Positions 36,565 to 49,519 of a stretch of DNA of 64,000 nt are shown in pieces. The stretch comes from Felis catus (taxonomy: Eukaryota): the NCBI RefSeq assembly GCF_018350175.1, contig NC_058368.1:88600001-88664000 (forward strand), written 5' to 3'. Numbering within the stretch: position 1 is the stretch's first letter; each line of letters begins with the position of its first letter. The translations under genes were made by a program, and so were the position numbers. Under the pieces are notes generated by a model. It searched no databases. It saw only the letters and a program-made list of their open reading frames with translations, and was not told the origin of the DNA.

Positions 36565-39325
36565 GGAAGCAACTTCTTAATAGACCTGTCTCTTGTGCTA
36601 GGGAAATAAAAGAAAAATAGAGTATTGGGAATTCATCTAGATAAAAAGTTTCTGCACAGTGAACTAAATTATCCACAAAACTAAAAGGCAACCTTCAGAA
36701 TGGGAGAAAATATTGCCAACATCATACTTGATAAAGGGTTAGTATCCAAAATAGATTAAAAAAAAACTTATAAAAATGAACACCAAAAAAACAATCAACT
36801 TAAACATGGTCACAAGGCAGGAATAGCCACTTTCTGAAGAAGATATAGAGATAGCTAATAGACACATGGAAAGATGCTAAATTACTCATCATTCATTGTT
36901 TTCTTTAAAAAAAAATAATGTTTATTTACTTTTGAGAGAGACAGAGGAATGAGTGGGGGCACGGCAAAGAGAGAGGGAGACATAGGATCTGAACCAGACT
37001 CCAGGCTCTGAGCTTGGCAGCAGATATCCAGATGCAGGGCTCAAACTCATGAACAGCAAGATCACAACATGATCTGAAGTCAGATGCTTATGCAACTGAG
37101 CCACCCAGGCGCCCCAAGTCATCATTCATTCTTGTGACTGCTTTTGCTGCATCCCAAAAGTTTTAAATTTTTTTTTACACTTATTTAGTTTTTTTGAGAA
37201 ACAGAGTGAGACAAAGCTTAGTGCAGTGCGGGGAGGGTCAGAGAGAGAAGGAGACACAGAATCTAAAGCAGGCTCCAGGCTCCGAACAAGAGGTCAGCAC
37301 AGAGCCTGATGTGGGGCTTGAACCCATGGACTGTGAGATCATGACCTGAGCCAAAGCCGGACGCTCAACCGACTAAGCCACCCAGGTGCCCCCCCCCCCC
37401 AAGGTTTTAGTCTGCTGTGTTCTCATTATTATTTGTTTCCATGTATTTTTCGTTATGTTTTTAAATTTCTTATTTGGCCCATTTATTCTTTAGCATTATG
37501 TTGTTTAACATTCTCGTATTTATGGTTTTTCAAGAAAAATTGTGGCTGACTTCCAGTTTCATAGCCTGCTGGTTAGAAAATAATCATGGTATTATCTAAA
37601 TATTTTTGTTCTTATTGAGACCTTTTTTGTGACCTAGTATTTGATCCTCCCTGGAGAATGTCCCATGTGCACTTGAAAAGAATGTGTAGTCTGCTTCTTT
37701 AATATGGATAGTTCTGAATACATCAGCTAAATCCATCTGGTCCAGTGTGTCTTTCATAGCCATTATTACCTTGTTGATTTCTGCTTAGATTATTTGTCCA
37801 CAGCTGTAATTGTGGCATTAACATCTGTTAATACTCTTAATGAGTTCCTTTGTATTTGTTATTGTTCTATGCATTTGAGTGTTCCAATTTGGGCATAAAT
37901 ATTTACAATTGTTAGATCTTTTTGTTAATTAGACCTCTTTATTATGACATAGTTACCTTATTCATCTCTTGTTAGCCTTTGGTTTAAAATCTAGTTTCCC
38001 TAATATAAGTATTGCTCCTCTGGCTTTCTTCTGACATCCATTTTCATGATAAATATCTCTCCATCCCTTCACTCCCAATGTGCAGGTATCTTTAGGTATA
38101 AAATGATTCTCTTAAAGGCAGCATATTGATGGGTGTTGTTTTTCTTATGCATTCTGACACCCTATGTCTCTTGATTGGAGTATGTAGTCTACATTCAGAG
38201 TGACTATTGGCAGTTATTAATTTACTGCCATGTTTGTTTTGTCATTGCTTATGGAGATTTTCTCTTTTTCCTTCTAGTCTTTGTTGTTTTTGTCTTTCTC
38301 ACTCAAAGAATTCCCTTTTACCATTTCTTGAAGGTCTGGTTTAATGGTCATGAACCAATATAGTTTTGTTTGTCAGGGAAACTATTTATCTCTGCTATTC
38401 TGAATGACAGCCTTCATGTATAGAGTATTCTCAGCTACATATTTTTCCCATTCAGTGTGTTGAATGTATCATCCCACTCCCTTCTGCTGGCCTGGTTTCT
38501 GTGGGGGAAGTCTGCTGTTAACATCATTTGTCTTTCCTTATAGGTTGGACTTCTTTCTTCTTATACTTTCAGGATGTTTTTATTATCTCTATATTTTACA
38601 AATTTTATTACAATATGTATTTGATTTTGGCTTGTTTTGTTGAGTTTGATGGGGCTTCTCTATATCTTTTGGATTTGGATGTCTCCGATTATGGAAGTCT
38701 TCAGCTGTGATTTCTTTTTGGTGCCATTGTAGATGGGATTTTTTTATCTTTCTGCTACATCATCATGACTATAGAAATGAACAGATTCCTGCATAATAAT
38801 TGTATATCGTATAACTTTATTGAATGAATTTTCAATTCCAATGGTATCTTGGTGGATTCATTAAGGTTTTTTATATAGTGTCCTATCATCTGCAAATAGT
38901 AAGTTTTCATTCTCCCTTACCATGTTGGGATGACTTTTCTTTCTTTTTTCTTGTTCTATTGCTATGTTTACCACTTTTTGTATTATGTTGAACAAAGGTG
39001 GTGAAAGTAGATATTTGTACTTCCTTTCTGATCATAGAGGAAAGGTTTTCACTTTGTCACCACTGAGTATGTTAGCATGTTTTATTTTTATATATGGCCT
39101 TTTTCATGTTGAGGTGTATACTTTCTAAACCCACTTTGTTGAGTTGTGAAAATGAACAGATGATGTATTTTGTCAAATGCTTTGTCTGCGTCTATAGAGA
39201 TGATCCTATGGTTTTTCCCCTTCATCTTTTTTAATATGATTTATAAAATTGTTTTACCTGTGAGTTGTGAACCACCCATGCATTCCGAAAATCACAGTGG
39301 ATTGTGATTAATGATGTTTACATAT
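36565..39325. mobile_element. Patchwork of older L1 fragments (+ strand 36565-36890, then - strand), with SINEs at ~36905-37115 and ~37165-37400
   Basis: ORF2-like segments (SNFLIDLS...IKSFCTV on +; endonuclease and RT-like sequence on -). The first SINE is flanked by tcatcattcatt on both sides. Confidence 0.75.
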
Positions 39326-39327
39326 TA

Positions 39328-39395
39328 GGGGCGCCTGGGTGGCTCTGGTTAAGCATCTGACTTCGGCTTCAGGTCATGGTCTCACGGTTCGGGAG
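39328..39395 (+). mobile_element. SINE 5' fragment, abruptly 3'-truncated
   Basis: ggggcgcctgggtggctctggttaagcatctgacttcggcttcaggtcatggtctcacggttcgggag is followed by unrelated sequence, with no CT segment or A tail. Confidence 0.8.
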
Positions 39396-40999
39396 CCATT
39401 TGCTGAAGGGGAGTTGGTGTCAACATCTCTATGGATTTGTATAACTCCACAGTGCATCCTCCATTTTCAGAGCAGAAAGAAGATGTCTACAAAGGTTTCT
39501 ACAAGTGCCACCATGGTCCACCTTCAGCTTCACTGTCCTGTGACACCCTCACAACCCTGTTTCTGGCGAGTCTATCAGGAGCATCGCTCAACTGTACCTG
39601 TCTCAGCCCTTCCAGTCCTCCAGCCTGCAGTCCAGTCCTCCCACTGCTGCCACACTGAGGGGCGCAGAGCACAAACAAGCTGAACTCATCTTCAGGTTTC
39701 CCATGTGGAGCTGAAGTGTCTGACTTTGAGAAGTGGTTATAGACGTCACTTCCATTTCAGGAAAACCACTCCTTGCAGGAAAGGGTCAGGGTTAATTTTG
39801 GAAAAAAACAAAAAACAAAAAACAAACAAACAAAAAACTTCCCAAAGATATGTTTTACTTAGCCCATAATGAATGGGTTCCCCATCTTTGGGACCAGACT
39901 GATGGAATATTGGGGAAAGTGTTCTGGTAGGGACATATTTGGGTTTAAATGAATGATCCATACATTGGGAGGTACAAGGATATTCTCCTCATCCTGTCTA
40001 ATTGGGGTGCTCTGACAAGTCAACTTATTCCAGCCATTCTGTGTCACTGTGTTCTCCAGTGTAAGTGAAGATGCTGGTTTTGCCTACAGAGAGGAAGAAT
40101 TAACCTGTCAGGAAACAAGCACATGGGGCATGGTCCCCAGAAAAGGCTAGACTAGGGATGGAAATGGTCTTGGGTGTATGCCTGAAGGAAGAACATGAGA
40201 CCTCTGGTCCTGTAATTAACAGTGAGTGTTCCACATCTCCTATGGAGTGCCAAGGTGAATGTCAGAGGACCCCACTCCTGCCCCAAGTTTATGCAGAGAG
40301 AGGGAGGGACTGGCCTTGAGATTGCCAGATGAGCTGACCACCAGCATTTTCCTCTGTGACTCCACTGTGGTGGTGGGCATGAGGCAAAGGTCATTCCCAA
40401 GCAGGCATTCAGGAAGAGTGGCTAGAGTGGGTGTGTCACATCTCACACAAGTCAGCACACCAGCTCAGGGCTCACTCCCTTATCTGACCGGGCTCCTTTT
40501 GACAGGTCTTGGGGGGGATGATATTTAGGCTAAAGACACCAGTAAGAGGAGCCAATGCGATGTAAGTTTTGAGTAAGCCCAACATCAATGACAACCATCC
40601 CATTAAAACCCATCATTACCTCCTTCCACTAGAATAAACTAAACTTCTAAAATGCCCTCAACACACAGAACACACTTTTCCTCAATAATTCCCACTGTCA
40701 ACCAGACATTTGGGCTTTACAAGTACTTATCCTTCCATCTTTGGAAATACAGTTGGCAAACGATATGTTTTAGCTATCCTATGCACTCATCGTTGCCTGG
40801 AGAGAAGAAAGCCACGATGATGTGACTTTCCACACAGGTTGCCCTGTATTTTCCCAGCTGTGTCTGGTCAGGGCTCACTTTGCTCTTTCTGGTTTGGGCA
40901 CAGAACCGGGGCTGCATTTGCTAGTCACAGTCTTATTGACCCACCACTTGCTAACACACCAGATTTAAGAACATCCAGAGTCTTCTGACACACCCCAAA

Positions 41000-43119
41000 T
41001 GTGAAAGATGAATAATTAAGAACACTCGCCAAATAAAAGCCCAGAGAAATGTCATCTTTAATATGTCACACGATTCACAGACCCCCCCCAAAGCCAATGA
41101 TGACCTAGGTGTTAGGATTCCCAATGGATTTGAAAGGAGACATCATTAAAAAAAATGCTTAAGCAAGCAATTACAAATGTGTTTGAAAAAAATGAGAATA
41201 AGTCTCAGGAAAGGAAGAAAGGTGTAAAGAAGTACATAATCAACAATTACAACTGAAAAGAATAATGACTACAATTTTTAACCCCCCCCCACACACACAC
41301 AGCACACAAAGAATAAAACCTAATGTTTATGTCACAGGAATCTCAGAAAGAGAAAATACAAAAAAGCAGGGACTAAAAATATATTTCAAGAGAAAAATAA
41401 AAAAATTGTTTCAGGAAATCATGGCTGATTTTCCGAATTTGACAAAAGATGTGAACCTAATGATCTAAGAAAGTGAGTAAATACCAAAGAGTTGAAACCT
41501 CAAGAAATCCACCAGGAAACATGCTAGGACTACACTATGCTCCCACCCCATTCACATTTTTCCAGTTCTATCCCCATAAGCTTGCATGTGGGGCCTTGGA
41601 AGATAATGAGGTTATGTTAGGTCACAAGTTTAGGACCCTCATCATGAGGTTAGCATGCTTACAAGGAGAGATGCCAGAGAGCTGGCACTCTCTCTCCATG
41701 CACACATACAGAGAGAGGTCATGTGAGCACAAAGCCAGAAGGTGACCATCTGCAAGCCAAGAAGATGAATCTTCCCAGAACGTGACCACACTGGTGCCCT
41801 TGTTGGATTTCTACCCTAGACAACTGTAAGAATGTGCATTATGGATTTTTAGCCATTGGCTTAAACTTAGTGCATTTTTACACATTGCAATAAAGCAAGA
41901 TTCAGAAACTAAAATACATGGTGAATGGGACTTTATCAAGATTAAAACATTTTGCTCTTTTAAAGAGCCTGTTTGTTAGCTAACTTAATATAACTTATTA
42001 TAATTATATGAATTATGTAAATAATAAATATATATATTTATTATTTGTAAATAATAAATATATATATTTATTATTAATTATATATTATTATATATTATAT
42101 AATATATGTTATATATATAATTAATATAATATATACTATATAATATATATAAAATTAATATAATCATGACAATATAATCATGATAATTATAATAATTATA
42201 TATAATTAATATAATCATGATAATTATAATAATTATTTAAATAATTATTATAATTATCATGATTATAATATAAATTATATTAAAAATAATGTAGGGGTGC
42301 CTGAGTGGCTCAGTCCATTAAGTGTCCGACTTTAACTCAGGTCAAGATCTCCTTGTTCATGAATTTGAGCCCTGCATCTGTCTCTGTGCTGACAGCTCAG
42401 AGCCTGGAGCCTGCTTCAGATTCTGTGTCTCCCCTCTCTCTGCCCCTCCCCCACTTGCACTCTGTCTCTCTCAAAAATAAATAAATAAACATTAAAAAAA
42501 TCCTGTTAATAGGATAAAAATACAAGCTATACACAAGGCGAACATGTTTGCAAACCACACATGTGACAAAGAACTTGTATCTACACAGTATAAAAAAATT
42601 CAGAATGCAACAAAAAATAAGAAGGAAAACATTTTCCAAATAGGAAATGGGCAAAAGACATGAAGAAACATTTCAGCAAAGATAACATACAGGTGGCATA
42701 AGCACATGAGAAAATGTTATACATCACTAGCCGTGAGGTAAATACATATGACAACTGACTGAGTAATCACTCCCCGCCTGTTAGAAGAGCTGGTTCAACT
42801 AAAACAGTGAAAAGATAAAACGTTGGAAAGAGGCGGCTCTCTCATGCATTACTGGTGGGAATGTAAATAGCACAGCCACTGTGGTAAGACAATTTGATAG
42901 CTGAACATAAACCCTACAACCTAGCGGTCAGGTTCCTGGACATTTATTTATCCCAGAGAATTTAAACTTAAAATCCCACAAAACACTGGGCACAAATGTT
43001 CACTGCGGGGTAATGTGTAATAGCCAAACCACTGGAAGCAAACAAAATGTCCCTCGAATGGATAAACAAAGCATTCCATCCACACTAGGGAGCCCTACAT
43101 AGTGATAAAGAACATATAT

Positions 43120-43150
<31 letters not shown>

Positions 43151-43250
43151 GTAAACTCAGCAAACAGTCTTCTCAGTGGAGATACAGAGCCAGGAGGGAG
43201 GCATCAGCATAGTGTTCAAAATGAAATGGAAACGTCATTCACCTACATAT
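41000..43250 (+). mobile_element. Old L1 fragments with a MaLR-like LTR (~41540-41860) and a SINE (42294-42500)
   Basis: ORF1-like PNVYVTGISERE...FQEIMADFPNLTKD, ORF2 C-terminal motifs and a canonical SINE. Confidence 0.65.
41985..42290. repeat. AT-rich low-complexity tract with internal palindromes
   Basis: Almost entirely A/T; a perfect 28-bp palindrome at 42019-42046 is repeated immediately at ~42049-42075. Confidence 0.9.
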
Positions 43251-45014
43251 GAATATGTGCCATGACATGGAGACCCCCGTCAGGGTTCTGGTAGGTAGGA
43301 AGCTGCTTCCAAGGAGAATGCAGGTGAATGGTCTGTATAGAGCCAATGAAGTGGGGGTCTACTTCTGGGATGAGACTGATAAATGAGGCAGAAAACTGGT
43401 GAAGTTTCTAAAGCTAGCAGAGGTTTCTTGCGTTTGTATAGCATGAGATCATTTACATTGCCCCTGGGGGGAGAAAGGTTTTGCATCTCTATTCTCTTAG
43501 GCTTGTGGCTTAGTTTTCTCTTCACTTGTGCCCTTGAAAGAGTCTTAACAAGTCCTCATTGTACACAGTAAGTCAGAGTTGCCAGAGTCCAGAGTCCCTT
43601 GGTGGGCTTGTGTGATGGTGCCCTTACCATGACAATGAAGTCCACAGACAAGTCTTGTGCTTTTCCTGTAAGTCCTGCTTCTAACAGGTCCAGTCTGGGG
43701 GTGCCTATTTGCAAGTCCTCAGGTGAGGACATGTGATGAAGGCTGGACATTGGGACTAGCCTTCAATGATCCATATTTCCGTGACTCCCTGCTCTCCTTC
43801 CAGTGCTGTGTAGGTCCGTGCCCTTGATGCTCCTTTCGTATAATCCCTTGACTACTTGGTCTCTCTACTCCTCCTCACCCTGTATGGTAGTCCTGTGGCT
43901 ACCCTTGAAACCTCAGGCATAAGTTTTCTTGCCCACCTCTGCACACTGGCCCTCCAGATCAGGGTCTGGTACACCTTGCACGTTCAATAGACGCTTGTTG
44001 AAAAATCGCATGTAGGATGTCCTGTCTCTCTCTGTCGCCAAAATAAGTAAACATTGAAAAAATAATTGAAAAAAAAGAAAAGAAAAATCACACGGATGAG
44101 TTGGGATCTGAGGCACATTGTGAAGAAAACATGGGGGGTGGGAGGTAGTGGAGGTGGAAAGACGGTTCCACAGAGTTGAAGGACATGACAAAGTCAGCAG
44201 TGGCAGGTTGGACTTGAGGGTGGGACCAATGGTGGTGTAGTCCAGGTAGGGCCATGGGAAGGGCATGCAGAGCTGAAAAGCACTAACATTTCAAGGAGAA
44301 GGGAGGTGGAAGGAGTCTCGTATTCCCAGTGTGTCTCCCTGTCCCTGAGGGCTGCTGTTTCGGTCACGGGTCCCAAGTGGGGAGGGTGCACAGCTGCAGA
44401 TGTCCATGGTTTGCAGGAACCTGAGGGAGAGTGAAGAACAAACACAGGGGCCTAGGATGCAAGAGGGAGCACTAGGTTCATGTACAGCCACCTCCCTGCG
44501 AAATCAGCTTTTCAAAACCTTCCTGGGTCTCTTCAGAGGTGACAAGGAGGTCTCCACCGGGGGAAGAGACACCTGACAGTCCCTCTCCCATTAGTCTGGT
44601 CTCTGGAGCCCTCTCCCTGGCTCCTGGCTGTCAGGTTGGCGGGCAGGCGGTCATACCACCTGGTGGGCGCACCTAGGTGTGGTGTTGCAGACCCTGGCGC
44701 CCAGCAGCTGTGCCCTCTGTGGGAGGTCGGGGGTCTTGGATCCCAGATCCAAGCGGGTGTGCGGGAGCGAGCCCATGGCTGCGCGCAGACGTGTGGGCCA
44801 GGTACTGAGCCCGGTGAGGGACACAGCTCAAGCTGCAGCTGTTCTGTGTGTCCTGGCTCCCAGACCACCTGCCGCCCAAGCTCCCAAGTCTCTCAGCCAG
44901 CCAGGGGCTGACGCCCACCCCACTCCCCCGCCGGGGACATGCTGCTGCCTGGTGCCTGCATCCAGGTAGCTGTGGAGGTAGTGGTAGCGGGGCACTCACA
45001 GAGGACTGGGAGCC

Positions 45015-45068
45015 ATGAGCCTCCAGCCCAGGAGGGTAGTGGCCCTGCTGCTCCTGAAGCTCCTGGAG
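45015..45068 (+). pseudogene. VOPP1: Probable VOPP1-like first coding exon (signal peptide), orphan
   Basis: gggagccATG-MSLQPRRVVALLLLKLLE against recalled human MRRQPAKVAALLLGLLLE (11/18 identical). Similarity ends where I recall exon 1 ending, followed by GC rather than GT. It sits in a GC-rich, CpG-depleted block at ~44.5-45.9 kb. Confidence 0.6.
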
Positions 45069-46515
45069 GCAGAGGCCAATTGGCAGGATCAACTCCCAAA
45101 GGCGCCTCCAGGCTGCAGCTGCACTCCTGGAGCGCCAACACTGCCAGGGGCTGAGGGCGATGCGATGCCCCCAGGCGCCCCTGAAAGACCATATGCAAGA
45201 AGCCTAAAGGTGGAGCAGCTGAGACCCACAGCCTCTCTCCAGGACCTGCCTCAGTCGTGGTGCTGCCAAGATAGGGATCCTCGTGACACGGTCCTATGTG
45301 GCCTTCCCCCTGCCCCTCTCTGTCTTCCCCTTCCATCCCCAGCCCCCACCCCCTCGTACTACTGGATTCTTCTTGCGCTCCTTTCTGGCTGAGGTCTGGA
45401 GGACTCAGGAGTGACCTTTATGGGTTTTACCCTGGTTCCCTGGAGGAGGAGGGCGCCGAGATCGAGTGGGGGGTTAGGTTCCAGTGGTGGGGAGAGGCAC
45501 AGGTACGGGGGGGGGGTGGTGCTCCCTGAGTGCCCTTGAGGTCTGACTGGGTTGGTGGCTGGAGGGTGGAGGTGCGAAGGCATGAATGCGTGGACCTGCG
45601 GTTGTGGGGAAATGTCAAGGCAGAGCCAGGGAAGTCACAGCTATGAGCAGGACGAAACATTCCTGCCTGTGAAAATGAAGCGCAGGGACCTCAGTGTGCA
45701 AGGAAACATTCCAGGGAGAGTCAGGGTAGTGGGCCTGAGTTGCTGGAGCCCAGCCAGGGAACTTGTTGAAGTGATGTAGAGCGGAAGCTGCAGGTGAACA
45801 CAAGCCTCCTGCCTCCCCCCTGCACACCCCCTGCCCTGCCCCGCCCCTGGTGGCAAAGTTGCACCCTCTGATGGGGTGGGGAGATCCCACGCTGCTTTTT
45901 GCTAAAGGCAGTCCTCTAACATGGGAGTTAATGGGACTATGGGGTGGGGAGTCTGAATTAGGGGTTGTGCAACTCCCTGTTGTGCTCTTCATTTCTGAAG
46001 GCAATTTACTTTCAATCAATGAACTCAAAGCAAATGGGCGATGAACACGTGGAGCTCCTTTCTTTTAGAGGGTGGTCCAGACTCTTTCCTACTTGGAGTT
46101 GTGTGCTGGAGAGGACTGGGGTTTTGGGATTCAGTACAAGATCAGTTTTGGAAAATGTGGGGTGGGAACGTCTTCTTCGTACTCTCCCAAGGAAGGTGGA
46201 TGGAAAAGCTCCTTGTTCCAGGCAGACTTGTCGGTTTTGCTCTTCATATCTGTGGGGCATGGTGCTTCATGTCTCTGTGGAGCGCCTCCTCTCTTGCATT
46301 CATTCCGTGTTTCAAGAGTTTCAGACCTTAGGAATCACATCTCCTCTGCGACTCACCAGGCAGCACAAGGGAGAAGTGACTCTGAGCCCACCGTGTCCCT
46401 AGAAACCAGTGCATGTGTACTTGAGCAACCAGTGCTTGCCTCTCAGCCTCCTTTTGAAATCAGCTCTTGAGCAAATGCTCTTTCATTCCATGGGTTCTAC
46501 CTCTCCCAGGTTGTT

Positions 46516-46516
<1 letters not shown>

Positions 46517-46551
<35 letters not shown>
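46517..46551. repeat. (TG)n microsatellite
   Basis: Read directly. Confidence 0.95.
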
Positions 46552-46552
<1 letters not shown>

Positions 46553-47529
46553 TGCTGTGGCCTGTATGTAGTCCGGACTGCGTTAGGAACCCAGTTCTTT
46601 CCAAAGACTGTTTTGTTGCATAGAATTTCTCATTTCAATAGAGTGTTCCAATCCTGTCTCAAAGGTTGAAAACATCCTGAAGGCAGCACCGTGACCTCAC
46701 TGAAAGCAAAAACCTAAGAGCAGAGGCTTTCACAAACTTACATATCAAGATGACTGGTACTTTTATGTTTTCAGTAAGATGGTGTGGTGTAGGCCACTTT
46801 TAGCAGCTCACGCTCCTAAGCATCTGTTTTGTCCCTGGGGGGTGAGTTGTCTGTCTCAGGAATCAAGGAGATTATGATTATCTTGAATATCATTATTTTC
46901 ATAATTACCATGATGACTATATTCTTCATATCCCATCGCATGGAATTTGATACATGTGCTTGATACCCGAAACGTTTTCATCACAAAAGGCTCACTACAA
47001 CAAGGAGAAAAAAATAACTTTTGTGTGATGGACAATGTGCCTTACCTTTATTGTACTGTTTTAGTGGTATGTACATATGTTAAGAGTGACGAGAGTGTCC
47101 ACTTAGATCTAAGGAGATTTTTGCGACATAATGATCCTTCAATAAACCATAAAAATAATTGAAAATCTGACATAGCTAGTAATCTAAGCACTCTGTCCTT
47201 TTTGATATGAAATAGGAAGTAAAGAAATCATCTTTCAAAAACTGCCGAGTCATAATAATTCCTTATTATTCAGGTAGGTCTGGTGAATGTAATGGAATGA
47301 ACTAAGGTCTTTGAAATAGAGGAAGCTAGAATTTGAGCTATTGAAGTCATATTTACTCTCTATTTCCCTGTTGACATGGTCTTTTTTTATTCGCTGATGC
47401 CTTTTGCCCTTTAACCTATTTCCCTCCTTCCTGCCCCTCACCTTTGCAATCAGCTTTATGTATTTATGGGTTTGTTTTATTATGTTTTGAGAATTTTTGT
47501 ATTTTGATTTCTTATTTTCTGTTTCAGTT

Positions 47530-49420
47530 TTCACATATATGTGAGAGCATTTGGTACTTGTCTTTCTCTGTGTGATTTATTTCACTTAGCATAATGCCCT
47601 CCAGGCTATTATAAACAATGTGGCATAATACAGGTGTGAAGGTATTTTGGGGAGTTAGTGATTTCATGTGTTCTGAGTAATACCTAGGAGGGTTATTGAG
47701 GGAAATTGCTGGATGCTATGGATGTTCTAGTTTGAATTTTTTGAGGAAACTTTATATTGTTTTCGACTGCTGCTGCACCAAGTTCCAATCCCAGCAACAG
47801 AGCACAATGATTCGCTTTCCTCCACATTTTACCCAACACTTGTAATTTCCTGTCTTTTTGATAAGATCATTCAGACAGGTTTCAGGTGATATCTCTTTGC
47901 TTTTGGCTTTTCATTTCCCTAATGTGGAGTGACATTGCACATCTCTTCATGTATGTGCTGGCCATCTGTATGGCTTCATTGGAAAAATGCCTCTTCAGGA
48001 CTCTGCCAGTTTCATAATTGCTCTTTGCTTTTGCATTGTTGTGCTGTAGGAGTTCTTTATATCTTTTGTCTATCAACCCTTTACCATGTATGTAGTTTGC
48101 AAGTATTTTCTCCATTCACTATGTTGCCTTTTCATTCTGTTGAAGATATTTTTGCTGTGCAGAACTTGTTTTTTTAGTTTCATGTAGTCCCACTTCTTTA
48201 TTTTTCCTTTGTAGGTTTGGCTTCTGGTGTCAAATCCCAAAACTCAGTGTCAAGACTGAGATCAAAAACATTTTCATGGGTTCAGCACTTGGCTTTGTCC
48301 AGCAAAGCCAAGGGCAGCAGAAAGGATTGCTTAAAACTCCATGCAAGTCAAGAGAGGCGACAGGGAGTTTAAGGGACGTCTCCGTGAGCTGCTCTCAAGC
48401 TCCTGTAGTCATTAAATATACAAACAATGTGCAACACGTCAGTGGGCCGCATGCTGGAAAGAATGTATTAAAGACATGGTGCAAACCAAATTTAGACAGG
48501 ATAAAATATTCCATGCAACAACATGATCTAAGGACTTTGTGAGCACGTGCAGAACCCAACCCTTACATACACATCTACATACACCCTACATACACATACA
48601 CATCTACATACACCCTACATACACATAGATCAGCGTAGTCTAGCCTACCCCCCAGGGGCCCACCAACTAGGTAAGTGAACTGATGCTGGCTGTTTGCAGC
48701 AAGGCCAGAGAGCAGTGATCTGCTTTGCAAAGCGTTCCCTATAATCTCCTAACTCAGGACAGTATTGTGCGATTTCCCACACCTTCTGCCCAAGTTTTTA
48801 TCCGGTATTTTTCTGGTTTTAGGTCTTAAGTCTTTAATACATTTTGACTTCGTTTCTGTGTGTGGTGTTAAATACATGTCAAGTTGTTTTTCTGTGCATG
48901 TTGTTTTTCTGTGCCCAGGGTTTCTGACACCAGCTATTGAGGAGACTGCCTTTTCCTCATGTTATATTCTTGGTTCTTTTGTTGTAAATTAATTGGCTAC
49001 CTATGCGTGGGTTTCTTTCTGGGCCTTCAGTTCTGTTCCAATGATCTGTGTGTCTGTTTTAACACCAATACCATAGTGCTTGGGTTATTGTAGCTTTGAG
49101 ATCTAGTTTAATATTAGAAAGCATGATGCTTCCAGCTGTGTTCTTCCTTCTCAAAGTGACTTTGGCTATTCAGGGCCTTTTGTGGTTCTGTCCTCATTGA
49201 AGGATTATTCTGTTTTTGGAGATGTGCTTAAACTTTGATAGGGACTGCACCTAGGGAATGTGTAGATGGCTTTAAGTAGTGTGGACACTTTGACCATCTT
49301 AATTCTTGGGATCCACTAGCATAGAATGTCTTTCTGCTTATTTCCGTCCTTCAACTTCTTTCTCCACTGATTTCTGGTTTTCAGTAAAGAGGTCTTTCAT
49401 CTTCTTGGTTAAATTCATTA
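47530..49420 (-). mobile_element. Older L1 3' part, interrupted at ~48275-48765 by an unrelated (possibly LTR) segment; SINE follows at ~49425-49672
   Basis: The minus ORF MEKILANYIHGKGLIDKRYKELLQ resembles the ORF2 C-terminus, and L1 homology resumes after 48765. The SINE carries (GA)n. Confidence 0.7.
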
Positions 49421-49467
49421 TTTTCTTTTTTAAGTTTTCTATGTTTATTTACTCTTGAGAGGGAGGT

Positions 49468-49519
<52 letters not shown>

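Noticed and set aside
45015..45392. 125-aa ORF with a signal-peptide-like start as a novel secreted protein
   Set aside because: Only the first 18 codons resemble a known protein (VOPP1 exon 1). The rest is best explained as read-through into GC-rich intron.
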